Source: a virus
Virus record (IMG/VR): IMGVR_UViG_3300030618_000030
Strand: one strand, 5' to 3'
DNA length: 47,694 nt
In this document: positions 7,943 through 16,563 of the stretch, piece by piece
Position numbering within the stretch: position 1 is the first letter of the stretch
How the letters are laid out: each line of letters begins with the position of its first letter
Notes under the pieces: model-generated
The model's database searches: none
What the model saw: only the letters and a program-made list of their open reading frames with translations
What the model was told of the DNA's origin: nothing
Position numbers and translations under genes: made by a program

Positions 7943-9595
7943 ATGATTGATTCCGCGGGCGTTATGTTTTTGTGTAATGGCAAGGTGTTGCTATTGCAAC
8001 GGCCAAACGGCGAATGGGGTTTTCCGGCCGGCAGCATTGAAGACGGCGAGACGCCCGAAGCATGCGCACGACGCGAAACGATGGAAGAAACTGGGTACGC
8101 GCATCAAGGCGACATGGCGCAACACGGTACGTACGACAATTTCTGTTTGTATTCGGCAAGCGTTGATCAATTTAACCCGGTGTTGAACGACGAGCATATC
8201 GGGCACGGTTGGTTCGGATTTATGGAATTGCCGCAAGCGCTATTTGCGGCAACCGGAACCGTGCTTAACGATGTGTTTGCGATGGATGCTCAAGAGTCAA
8301 TGCGTCAATACGACATTAACGGTTGGTTCGAAGTACCGGACAATCCATTGTCGAAAGTCGGCGTTTTTAATTATCTCGGTAAAAATATTCCGCAAGAAGT
8401 CGCTAAGGGCAATAGCGATGCAATGTTTGCTGTTTATCGACCTGCCGAAGAATTAGCGGACCCCGCGTGCGTTAAATCGTTCCGCCTCGTTCCCTGGGTA
8501 ATTCAGCACGCGATGTTAGGCGATGGAACGGCCGGGACGCTCACGGTTGATGAGAAGGTAGCCCGCGGCGTGACAGGCGAACAGATATGGTTTGATCCTG
8601 CTGACGACTTCGGAACGCTTAAAGGAAATATCAAATGTTTTAGCGAAATTCTCGCCGGTAATATTGCTGGCGGAAAAACGCCGCTGTCACTTGGGTATCG
8701 GTGCGTATATCAGTACGCACCAGGGACGTTTAACGGCATCCCTTATACTTATGTGCAGCGGCGCATACGTGGCAACCATCTTGCAAGCGTTGACGACGCA
8801 CGCATGGGGCCGGAAGTCGCCGTAATGGACGGCTTTTCATTTACTGTTGATGCAAAGGAGTTTGTCACTATGGCAACGAAGAAAATTGTAAAAAAGGCAG
8901 GCACCGCAGTTGCAGTGTTTCGCCAACGGTTGCAAGCATTCGCAACCGACGCCGCCGAAGCAATTAAGGACGGCGAAGACAAAGACGGCGAATTGAAACA
9001 AGCCGTTGAAGCAATCAGTAACGCCGTCCCGTTGCTTGAAGCAATCGAAGATTTGAAATCGGTTGGCGAAAGTGAAGACTTGGGCACGGTTGCGGGTGAC
9101 ACGATGCAGTCGCCGGGCGACGAACGTACGAAGGGTGCGAACGGGCTTGATGCCGAAGAAACGCCGGAAGAAAAGGAAAAGCGCGAGAAAGCAGAGAAGG
9201 AATCCAAAGCCGGTAAAGGCGAGGATGGTAAAGGTATGGACGCCGCCGAAGTGGGCAAGATGATCCAAAAAGCCGTTGCCGAAGCGCTCGCCGGCCGCGG
9301 CATGGACGCAAGCGAAGTCGTGCAAACGATTGCCAGCCGCGACAAACTCGCGTCGGACGTATCGGAATTTGTCGGCACGTTCGACCATTCCGAAATGACC
9401 GCGCAAGACGTAGCAGTCTATGCCGTCGACAAGCTCAAAATTCCGGCCGCAAAGGGTTCGGAAATCGGCGCCGTCAAAGCGTGGTTGCATGATCGCCCGT
9501 CGCCGCGTAAGCTGCCGACCGCATTTGCGGGCGATGCAAAAGACCGGTCCAACAAACCGTCGTTCGTATCGGCGCAAGTGGCCGAACGCTCGTAA
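7943..9595 (+). CDS. Nudix hydrolase domain fused to a DUF2213-like scaffold/prohead-protease-like protein (550 aa)
   Basis: Complete Nudix box G30-x5-E-x7-RE-T-M-EE-T-G-Y (nt 8030-8098). It is followed by ...YDINGWFEVPDNPLSKVGVFNYLG... and an acidic/Lys-rich, coiled, scaffold-like C-terminus. Confidence 0.75.
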   Translation: MIDSAGVMFLCNGKVLLLQRPNGEWGFPAGSIEDGETPEACARRETMEETGYAHQGDMAQHGTYDNFCLYSASVDQFNPVLNDEHIGHGWFGFMELPQALFAATGTVLNDVFAMDAQESMRQYDINGWFEVPDNPLSKVGVFNYLGKNIPQEVAKGNSDAMFAVYRPAEELADPACVKSFRLVPWVIQHAMLGDGTAGTLTVDEKVARGVTGEQIWFDPADDFGTLKGNIKCFSEILAGNIAGGKTPLSLGYRCVYQYAPGTFNGIPYTYVQRRIRGNHLASVDDARMGPEVAVMDGFSFTVDAKEFVTMATKKIVKKAGTAVAVFRQRLQAFATDAAEAIKDGEDKDGELKQAVEAISNAVPLLEAIEDLKSVGESEDLGTVAGDTMQSPGDERTKGANGLDAEETPEEKEKREKAEKESKAGKGEDGKGMDAAEVGKMIQKAVAEALAGRGMDASEVVQTIASRDKLASDVSEFVGTFDHSEMTAQDVAVYAVDKLKIPAAKGSEIGAVKAWLHDRPSPRKLPTAFAGDAKDRSNKPSFVSAQVAERS

Positions 9596-9631
9596 TCAAC
9601 AATCCGTAGTCACTGATAGGGAGTAGCAAAA

Positions 9632-10135
9632 ATGACGGGTACTTTTCAACAAGCCGTTAATTACGATTACGGGTTCGGTATTCCGGGCGAAATCGTACGC
9701 GATGGTCCGGTGCGGTCGCATCCGGGCTTGATCAATACGGGCACGCCCGCAAACAATGTGTTCGGTCGCGGATTCACGCAAGCCGCTGCGGGCGGCACTG
9801 TGGCGGCAGGCGGCACGGGTGTTTTCTTCGGGCTGTTGGCAAATCCGAAACAGCATGCGTCGTTCGGTGGCGCCGCGGGTCCGCTGTCGCCGTCGTTCGC
9901 GTTGCCGAATCAGGTTGTAGCGGACTTCGCTACGTTCGCAATTATCGTTGCTCAACTGTCGACCGCTGCAACGATTGGTCAGCAAGTGCAAATGTCGCAA
10001 GCGGACGGTTCGTTGTCGATTCCGGTTGTACCGGGCACGGCTGACGCTGCCTATACGCTTATCCCGGCATGGGTGGAAGACTTCCCGCAACCGACCGTCA
10101 ATGATTTGGTCTTGCTCCGTGTTTCGGCGCAGTAA
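9632..10135 (+). CDS. capsid-associated protein (possible decoration/cement protein)
   Basis: 167 aa, Gly/Ala-rich, lying between the scaffold-like gene and the major capsid gene. The function call is positional only. Confidence 0.45.
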   Translation: MTGTFQQAVNYDYGFGIPGEIVRDGPVRSHPGLINTGTPANNVFGRGFTQAAAGGTVAAGGTGVFFGLLANPKQHASFGGAAGPLSPSFALPNQVVADFATFAIIVAQLSTAATIGQQVQMSQADGSLSIPVVPGTADAAYTLIPAWVEDFPQPTVNDLVLLRVSAQ

Positions 10136-10164
10136 TTGACCAACTGAAAAAGGAGCATTAAAAC

Positions 10165-11328
10165 ATGTTGAAATTTACCGCCAAAGACGAAAGCAAGGTT
10201 CATTCGTCGCTTTCCGGCCGGAATTGGAAACCGTTCGAAGTCACGCCCGAACAGGTCGCCAACTACGGGGGTCTTGCCGAAATTGGTATTGGCTTTGACC
10301 AGTCATACATTGCCGAAGTCGTCAACGCTCTGCGTATGGCAAACACGTTCGACGGTAACGATGTTGGTATCACGCCCGCACCGAGTCAGATTGCCACGGC
10401 TGCAAGCGTGCCGACGTTGGTACAGTTTCTGCAAGCGTGGTTGCCGGGGTTCGTCAACTTCATTACCGCGGCGCGCAAGATCGATGAGTTGGTTGGTATG
10501 GCAACCATCGGTTCGTGGGAAGACGAGCAAATCGTACAAGGTATGCTCGAACCAACCGGTAACGCCGTGCCCTACGGCGATTACAACAATATCCCGCTTA
10601 CGTCGTGGAACGTCAATTTCGAGTTCCGCACCGTTGTGCGGTTCGAAATGGGCATTCTCGTCGGCCTGTTGGAAGAAGCACGCGCCGCACGTATCCGCGT
10701 CAGTTCGAGCGGCGAGAAGCGTTCACAGGCTGGCCGTGCATTGGACATTCAGCGCAACCGTATCGGTTTCTACGGTTTCAACGATGGCGCGGGCCGCACG
10801 TACGGGTTCCTTAACGATCCATCGTTGCCGGCGTATCTGACTGTTGCCAACGGTGCAACGTCCGGTTCGCCGCTTTGGAGCACCAAGACGTTCAACGACA
10901 TTACCGCCGATATTCGCATCGGGTTGGCAACGCTTCAAATTCAGTCGCAAGATACGATTGACGTTGAAACGACGCCAATCACGATGGCTATTCCGATGGG
11001 TCGCAACCAGTATTTGACGGTTACGCAATCGGTCGGCGGTATTTCGGTACGCGAATGGATTCGTGAAAACTACGCCAACTTGCGTATCGTCACCTCGCCG
11101 GAATTGGTTGACGGCAACGGTGGTTCGTCTGTGATGTACTTCTACGCTGAAAGCGTCGCGGACGGTTCGAGCGACGACGGCAAGACGTTTATCCAAGTCG
11201 TGCCGTCCAAGTTCCAAGCGCTGGGCGTGGAAAAGCGTGCAAAGGCATATGTTGAAGACTACGCGAACGCGTCGGCCGGCGTGATGTGTAAGCGTCCATA
11301 CGCAGTGGTTCGATATACCGGGCTGTAA
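10165..11328 (+). CDS. major capsid protein (DUF2184/encapsulin-like class, tentative)
   Basis: 387 aa with a strong AAGGAG RBS, followed by a strong terminator. Its position after the scaffold gene fits. Confidence 0.75.
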   Translation: MLKFTAKDESKVHSSLSGRNWKPFEVTPEQVANYGGLAEIGIGFDQSYIAEVVNALRMANTFDGNDVGITPAPSQIATAASVPTLVQFLQAWLPGFVNFITAARKIDELVGMATIGSWEDEQIVQGMLEPTGNAVPYGDYNNIPLTSWNVNFEFRTVVRFEMGILVGLLEEARAARIRVSSSGEKRSQAGRALDIQRNRIGFYGFNDGAGRTYGFLNDPSLPAYLTVANGATSGSPLWSTKTFNDITADIRIGLATLQIQSQDTIDVETTPITMAIPMGRNQYLTVTQSVGGISVREWIRENYANLRIVTSPELVDGNGGSSVMYFYAESVADGSSDDGKTFIQVVPSKFQALGVEKRAKAYVEDYANASAGVMCKRPYAVVRYTGL

Positions 11329-11357
11329 TCGCCGGTCGCATTAGTGCGGCGTTGTAG

Positions 11358-11394
11358 AATGGGGTGTCTTGGAAACGGGGCACCCCATTTTTAT
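11358..11394 (+). terminator. intrinsic terminator/attenuator after the capsid gene
   Basis: aatggggtg-(14 nt)-caccccatt followed by TTTTT. Confidence 0.65.
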
Positions 11395-11406
11395 TAAAGG
11401 AAAATC

Positions 11407-11853
11407 ATGGCACAAGCAATCACAGCACAAAAGAGTACCGGCACCGTATATATCTATTCGACGCTTGCCAATGCGCAAGCGTTCACGACGTACAAGCCGG
11501 GCGGCGCCGATTTGATGGTGGTTGACCGCACCGTCTTGGTCAAGGGTGGCGCGGGAATCGCATCAAAAAATCTGATTACGTCTTTGGGCGAGTACACACA
11601 GGTCAGCGTCGAAGACTACGAAGCAATCAAAGATTTGGCGCACTTCAAGGAATTTGTCGAACGCGGTCATATTCGCGTCGAAAAGAAAAAGGCGAGCGAG
11701 TTGGAACGCATCGTATCGGACATGAACCCGCGTGATCCGGGCGGCCCGATTACGCCGGCCGATTACGAGAAGACGCCGCAAGATGGAAGCGCGCCTATCC
11801 CAGTCGATCAAGCGCGGCTTGGTTCGGGATGGGTCTTGAGTAACGCACGGTAA
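11407..11853 (+). CDS. hypothetical structural-module protein (148 aa)
   Basis: ATG ORF with an AGGAA RBS. Confidence 0.6.
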   Translation: MAQAITAQKSTGTVYIYSTLANAQAFTTYKPGGADLMVVDRTVLVKGGAGIASKNLITSLGEYTQVSVEDYEAIKDLAHFKEFVERGHIRVEKKKASELERIVSDMNPRDPGGPITPADYEKTPQDGSAPIPVDQARLGSGWVLSNAR

Positions 11854-11863
11854 GGGGCGCAGC

Positions 11864-12304
11864 ATGGCGACGCATACGTTTAATTACACGTTGTTTCAAG
11901 AGCAGTTCCCGGCGTATGCGTCGGCGCCTGTTGAGTCAGTGCTCGCCGCATATTTCGCGCAAGCGACGAATTTTGTTAGTCCAAACGACAATTGGTGTCG
12001 CGGATTAAATAGTGACTCGCTCGATTACGCGTTGAATTGCTTGGTAGCGCACTTTGCATACATCAATGCACTGATTGCGGGCGGCACCGATACCGTGATC
12101 GTGACAGGCAGCACAATCGACAAGGTGAGCGTGTCATTGCTCGCGCCGCCAGTAAAGAACATGTTTCAATACTGGCTTGCAACGTCGCCATACGGCAAAC
12201 AGTTGCTCGCGTTGCTCAGTGTCAAATCGGCAGGCGGCTGGTACGTCGGTTCGGGGCTTGCAGAGCGCAGAGCGTTTCGCAAGGTGTACGGGACATTCCG
12301 ATAA
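11864..12304 (+). CDS. head-tail connector/adaptor (DUF4054-like, tentative)
   Basis: 146 aa. N-terminal ...FQEQFPAYAS... resembles DUF4054 openings, and the position fits. Confidence 0.45.
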   Translation: MATHTFNYTLFQEQFPAYASAPVESVLAAYFAQATNFVSPNDNWCRGLNSDSLDYALNCLVAHFAYINALIAGGTDTVIVTGSTIDKVSVSLLAPPVKNMFQYWLATSPYGKQLLALLSVKSAGGWYVGSGLAERRAFRKVYGTFR

Positions 12305-12885
12305 TGTCAACAATGCGTAGAGTGCCGGGCGGTGCGAGTGGGCCGCTCGACAAAATGTTGATCGATTTGAAAAAAGCTAACGTGCGTGTCGGCTGGTTCG
12401 AGTCATCGAAATATAACGACGAGAATCAAACGCCTGTTGCGTACGTTGCAGCAATTAACGAATTAGGTCCGCATGCGCGCCCGTTCATGCGGACCACTGC
12501 GGACCAACGCGATAAAGAATGGTCCGCGCTGATGTTCAATTTATCGAAGCTCGTTGTTAAGGGTCAACTCACAGTTGCACAAGCGCTCGATGGCGTCGGG
12601 TTGCAAGTCGGCGCCGACATTCAGAAAACCATTTCAACAATTACATCGCCGCCATTGTCGCTAATCACATTGATGGTTCGTAAGTACCGCATGGAACATC
12701 CAGGCGCGAAGGTGACGGGCAAGACGATAGGCGAATTTGCCGCGCATGCATACGATGTGGGCGAGGAAAATGTCGATGTATCGGGCGTCAGTACGAAGCC
12801 ATTGAATGACACAGGTTATATGCTCGCTACGGTGTCATCAAGCGTCAACGGCGGCGATGCTAAAGCAGTAGGAGGTTCACAGTGA
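12304..12885 (+). CDS. HK97 gp10-like head-tail joining protein (tentative)
   Basis: In-frame ATG at 12304 (TAATG overlap). Contains ...VGWFESSKY...VAYVAAINELGPHARPFMR..., resembling gp10-family motifs. Confidence 0.5.
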   Translation: MSTMRRVPGGASGPLDKMLIDLKKANVRVGWFESSKYNDENQTPVAYVAAINELGPHARPFMRTTADQRDKEWSALMFNLSKLVVKGQLTVAQALDGVGLQVGADIQKTISTITSPPLSLITLMVRKYRMEHPGAKVTGKTIGEFAAHAYDVGEENVDVSGVSTKPLNDTGYMLATVSSSVNGGDAKAVGGSQ

Positions 12886-13286
12886 TTATTCCGGGCTCAA
12901 ATTTGCTCGCGTTGGCGCTTACGGTCATAGCGTCGACGCCTGTTCAATACTTCCAATTTCAAAGTACCGCGACCGGGCCAACCGGGTTAGAAACTGCTAC
13001 ATATGCGGCGCCCCTGACTATTCCTAAAGGCAGCGTGCAGCCGGTTGATAGGTCGCGTTATTCAGCATACGGGCTTGACTGGGAAAAATCCTATGTCGCA
13101 TGGTTCGTTCCGAAACTTGCCGCGTCATCAATAACGCGTAACCCTGACAATAGCGGCGACGTGATCGAGTGCAACGGTCGCCGCTATCAGCTTATGAGCG
13201 GTACAAACTGGTACAACATTGACGGCTGGATGAGCTTGTTGGGTATCGATATCGGACCGGCAACCGGAAATACCACAAATGCTTGA
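12882..13286 (+). CDS. hypothetical neck/tail-completion protein (134 aa)
   Basis: GTG start with GGAGG 6 nt upstream. GTGA overlap with the upstream stop. Confidence 0.55.
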   Translation: MIIPGSNLLALALTVIASTPVQYFQFQSTATGPTGLETATYAAPLTIPKGSVQPVDRSRYSAYGLDWEKSYVAWFVPKLAASSITRNPDNSGDVIECNGRRYQLMSGTNWYNIDGWMSLLGIDIGPATGNTTNA

Positions 13287-13818
13287 CGCTCAATTACAGA
13301 CGATTATCCAATCGACGCTTATTGCTGGTTTGGCAGCGCGTGGGATTTCCGGTGTAAGCGCGAAGCAAAATAATCAGCCGCGCCAATTTGCTGCGCCGTC
13401 ATCGCCAACAATATTTTTCACGTATGGCGGTCGTAAAAAATGGGGCTGGCCGTCCTACGCCGATACTTTAAACGAAGACGGCGTGACGTTCACACGCACG
13501 GTTGCGCAAGTTGTGCATACGCGATTTCAAATTGCTGGATTTACGCCAGCAAGTCCGTCAACACCTGAGCAATACACATCGGGCGATTTATCCAGCATTG
13601 CCGCAGATATTTTAACGTTCGAAGACGCTATATCGGCGTATGTGGCGCAAGGGTGCAATGTGTTGCGAGTCCAAGATTTACCGGGGGTGTGGTTTCAAGA
13701 TAGTAGCGGGCAAAACGTTTTATGGTCATCGTTTGATATCATATTCACGCACAAAGATGTGTTCGTATCCTCTACGCCGACGATTGGTAATTTTGCGGGC
13801 AGCGTCAACCGCATATAA
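13279..13818 (+). CDS. hypothetical neck/tail-completion protein (179 aa)
   Basis: ATG ORF, 8-nt overlap with the upstream gene. Confidence 0.55.
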   Translation: MLDAQLQTIIQSTLIAGLAARGISGVSAKQNNQPRQFAAPSSPTIFFTYGGRKKWGWPSYADTLNEDGVTFTRTVAQVVHTRFQIAGFTPASPSTPEQYTSGDLSSIAADILTFEDAISAYVAQGCNVLRVQDLPGVWFQDSSGQNVLWSSFDIIFTHKDVFVSSTPTIGNFAGSVNRI

Positions 13819-13832
13819 TTTTGGAGAATTAA

Positions 13833-15419
13833 ATGAGCATAAGATTTACGAAGTATATCGACATTAACAGTGTCGTCGGCGGTGCGGCGCAAGTGCCACA
13901 GCGTCAGTGGTGCGCCCGCATTTTTACGACAAGCGTACTCGTTGGGCCGTCCGCGGTTCTACAGTTCGCATCGAGCGCAGACGTGGGTGAATTCTTCGGC
14001 ACTCAAAGCGAAGAGTACGCACGGTCTGTGATTTATTTCGATTACGAATCGCCGCTTGGATCGGCGCCAGTGGCAATTCAATTTGCCCGTTGGGTCGAAA
14101 CCGCGCAACCTGCAACGATCTTTGGTGAGTCCGGTATTGCGACGCTTGCAGCGTTGAACGCCATTACCGCGGGGGTGCTGTCGTTGAAGTTTGGCGCCAC
14201 GACGGTGAACCTTACCGGAATTGATCTTGCAGCGGCCGGCACGCTCGCCGCAGTTGCAACCGCAGTTCAAACGGCGTTGATTGCTGCAACTGCGCAATCT
14301 CCCAACGCTGAACTTACGGCCTGTAGCGTCGCGTTCAATCCGACCTCGCAAGCGTTCGACTTCACGGCTAACGCGACCGGCGTTGTTACCGAGTCGTTCG
14401 CAGTGGTGCAACCGACTGGCGCCACGCCTACAACGGACGTTGCCGCGGCGCTCGGCTGGTATGCATCGCAAGGTGCGCTAGTGAACAGCGCTGCGACGCT
14501 GGAAACCCGTGTTGCAGGCTTCAATCGCGTTACTTCGTTGAACAACAATTGTGGTGAATTCGGTTATACCGATGCGTCGGCACTCACGTTGTCCGACGCG
14601 ACCGCAGTTGCCCAAGCGAACGCCGCGCTAAATGTGGTCTTCGTTTTCCGTATCTACGTTACGCCGCTTACCTGGGCAACGTGGTCAGCGGCGCTGATTG
14701 GTATCGCTGGCACCGGGTTGGAATACGAAGACCCGGCCGTAACAGGCGTGCCGCGCCAATACATTGAAATGTTGCCCATGTCGATTCATGCGGCAATTAA
14801 TTTCAATGCGGTCAGCGGCACCGTCGGTTTCATGTACAAGCAAAACGGCGCGTTTTTCCCTAGTGTGACGACCGACACACTAAGCGATGCGCTCGATGCG
14901 GCACGTGTGAACTACTACGGTCAAACGCAAAGCGCTGGTGCGAACATCTCGTTTTATCAAGACGGCGTACTCTGCGGTGGTGCTACTGCGCCGGTCGATT
15001 CGACGGTGTTCGCAAACGAACAGTGGTTCAAAGATTTGATGGGCTCAAGCCTCATGAACCTACAATTGGCGGTCGGTCAGATTCCGGCAAACAAGCGTGG
15101 GCAGTCAATGTGTGAGCTTGTCATTCAAGGTCAGGAGGCGACCGCACAAGCGCCGGCTACCGGCATCATGGCAGCAGTTGCGAACGGTACGATTAGCGTC
15201 AATTCGACGTTGACGCTGACGCAGCAAATCTTTGTCACGCAGCAAACCAATGACCCGACCGCATGGCAGCAAGTGCAAACGACCGGGTACTGGTTCGCTA
15301 CCAATATCACGTCGGCTGTTGCACCGTCCGGTGTGACGGTCTACACGCTTAACTATACGATCATCTATCGCAAAGATGATGTGATTAAGGTCATCGTCGG
15401 TTCGCATCAACTTATCTAA
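13833..15419 (+). CDS. tail sheath protein (DUF3383-like, tentative)
   Basis: 528 aa, immediately upstream of the tube-like gene. N-terminus ...FASSADVGEFFGTQSEEYARSVIYFDY... resembles DUF3383 sheath proteins. Confidence 0.6.
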   Translation: MSIRFTKYIDINSVVGGAAQVPQRQWCARIFTTSVLVGPSAVLQFASSADVGEFFGTQSEEYARSVIYFDYESPLGSAPVAIQFARWVETAQPATIFGESGIATLAALNAITAGVLSLKFGATTVNLTGIDLAAAGTLAAVATAVQTALIAATAQSPNAELTACSVAFNPTSQAFDFTANATGVVTESFAVVQPTGATPTTDVAAALGWYASQGALVNSAATLETRVAGFNRVTSLNNNCGEFGYTDASALTLSDATAVAQANAALNVVFVFRIYVTPLTWATWSAALIGIAGTGLEYEDPAVTGVPRQYIEMLPMSIHAAINFNAVSGTVGFMYKQNGAFFPSVTTDTLSDALDAARVNYYGQTQSAGANISFYQDGVLCGGATAPVDSTVFANEQWFKDLMGSSLMNLQLAVGQIPANKRGQSMCELVIQGQEATAQAPATGIMAAVANGTISVNSTLTLTQQIFVTQQTNDPTAWQQVQTTGYWFATNITSAVAPSGVTVYTLNYTIIYRKDDVIKVIVGSHQLI

Positions 15420-15425
15420 ACGCGC

Positions 15426-15450
15426 CGGGCCGCAATTGCGGCCCGCTTTG
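15426..15450 (+). terminator. weak hairpin/attenuator after the sheath gene
   Basis: cgggccgca-att-tgcggcccg palindrome with only a short T tract. Confidence 0.3.
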
Positions 15451-15470
15451 AACATTAGGAGTCAGCAATT

Positions 15471-15929
15471 ATGAATGGTGAAATTGGCGGGTTTGGACTA
15501 GTTGTATCGCTTCTCGCAAGCGTTACGTTCCCGGCAGGCTTGGTACTTGAGCAGTTCGCTGATGACGCGGACCCGTTCGACTTCCCAGACCTGCAAATCG
15601 CGGATATTGCGATGGGCTTGAACGGCGACTTGCTCACGTGGTCCAAGGCGATGCCGCTTGTTACGCAAATTGCATTGGTCCCGGAATCGGACGACGACAA
15701 TAATTGCGCGGTGCTTCTGGCGGCAAACCGTGTTGGCAAAAATAAATCGTCGGCGCAAGACAAGATTACGATGATTGGTAAGTACCCGTCCGGCTACACA
15801 GTAACACTTTCCTCGGGCCGCATGACGAACGGCTCGATTAGCAACAGCATCGCATCGGCCGGCCGCATGAAGTCGAAAGTGTACAAGTTCGCATTTCAAA
15901 ATATCACTATCGCTCGCGTGCCGCTGTAA
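15471..15929 (+). CDS. tail tube protein (DUF3277-like, tentative)
   Basis: 152 aa with an AGGAG RBS, lying between the sheath and chaperone genes. Confidence 0.55.
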   Translation: MNGEIGGFGLVVSLLASVTFPAGLVLEQFADDADPFDFPDLQIADIAMGLNGDLLTWSKAMPLVTQIALVPESDDDNNCAVLLAANRVGKNKSSAQDKITMIGKYPSGYTVTLSSGRMTNGSISNSIASAGRMKSKVYKFAFQNITIARVPL

Positions 15930-15957
15930 GGTCCGCGCCAGCATAGGCGATAATAGC

Positions 15958-15988
15958 GGGGCGGCACATGTGCCGCCCCTTTCATTTT
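15958..15988 (+). terminator. intrinsic terminator/attenuator after the tube gene
   Basis: ggggcggca-catg-tgccgcccc followed by TTTCATTTT. Confidence 0.6.
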
Positions 15989-16001
15989 GGAGAAACCACA
16001 C

Positions 16002-16430
16002 ATGGCAATGTTAGAACCTAAAGACCTCGAACCGATGGGGGACGTGATATTCGTCATCTCAAAGTTTCCCGCGACAGTCGGGCGCGAGGTCATCATGCAG
16101 TACCCGACAAGTGCGCTACCGAAGGTTGGAGACTATGCGACCAATGAAGCGTTGATGTACAAGATCATGAAATACGTTGGCGTGCGCGTTGAAGGGCGTG
16201 ATGAGCCGTTGATGCTAACCACGCCGCAACTGATCGATAACCATGTTGTCGACGCTGAAACATTGATGCGTTTGGAATGGGCGATGATGTCGCATAATTT
16301 CGCTTTTTTCAAAAACGGCAAGCTGTCCGGTATCCTCGATCAAGTGGCGAATCGTACGGTAACATTGATACAAAAAATGTTGACGGACTTATCGCGTGCA
16401 TCGTCGGAGAAGGGCGCGCAACCCCTTTAG
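16002..16430 (+). CDS. tail assembly chaperone (short, frame-0 product)
   Basis: 142 aa, directly upstream of the tape measure gene. ATG at 16002 with GGAG upstream. Confidence 0.6.
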   Translation: MAMLEPKDLEPMGDVIFVISKFPATVGREVIMQYPTSALPKVGDYATNEALMYKIMKYVGVRVEGRDEPLMLTTPQLIDNHVVDAETLMRLEWAMMSHNFAFFKNGKLSGILDQVANRTVTLIQKMLTDLSRASSEKGAQPL

Positions 16431-16546
16431 AACTTCGCACCGTGTACACGCTTGAAGATGCGCTAAACATTTTCGAGATAATCATGGTGCGACGTTCTAA
16501 CGAATACCTTGCCAATAAAGCCGCTAACGCAAAGGCGCAGCGTTAG
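16002..16546 (+). CDS. putative frameshift-extended chaperone (about 103 aa frame 0 plus about 78 aa -1 frame)
   Basis: The -1 frame extension (…ELRTVYTLEDALNIFEIIMVRRSNEYLANKAANAKAQR*) ends 18 nt before the tape measure ATG, as in gpG/GT- and P2 E/E'-type systems. Confidence 0.4.
16304..16310 (+). other. candidate -1 programmed frameshift slippery heptamer T_TTT_TTC
   Basis: Frame-0 codons are GCT TTT TTC. The -1 frame is open from 16298 to the TAG at 16544-16546. Confidence 0.45.
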
Positions 16547-16563
16547 CAAACGGAAGACGAAGC

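Noticed and set aside
8749-9577. Long antisense ORFs (8749-9378, 8837-9577, 9015-9311) opposite the scaffold-like gene.
   Set aside because: They lie opposite a low-complexity Ala/Glu/Lys-rich coding region and have low-complexity products. They have no RBS or promoter, and they interrupt a co-oriented late operon.
9651-9668. Near-matches to the operator inside coding sequence: AGCCGTTAATTACG at about 9652, TTATTGACGAT at about 16655, and ACCGTCAATGA at about 10093. There is also a one-mismatch half-site (ATCGTCAATA on the minus strand) in the intergenic gap at 30492-30501.
   Set aside because: Each has mismatches at conserved positions and none has a flanking -35/-10 arrangement. I treat them as chance or decayed sites unless binding data say otherwise.
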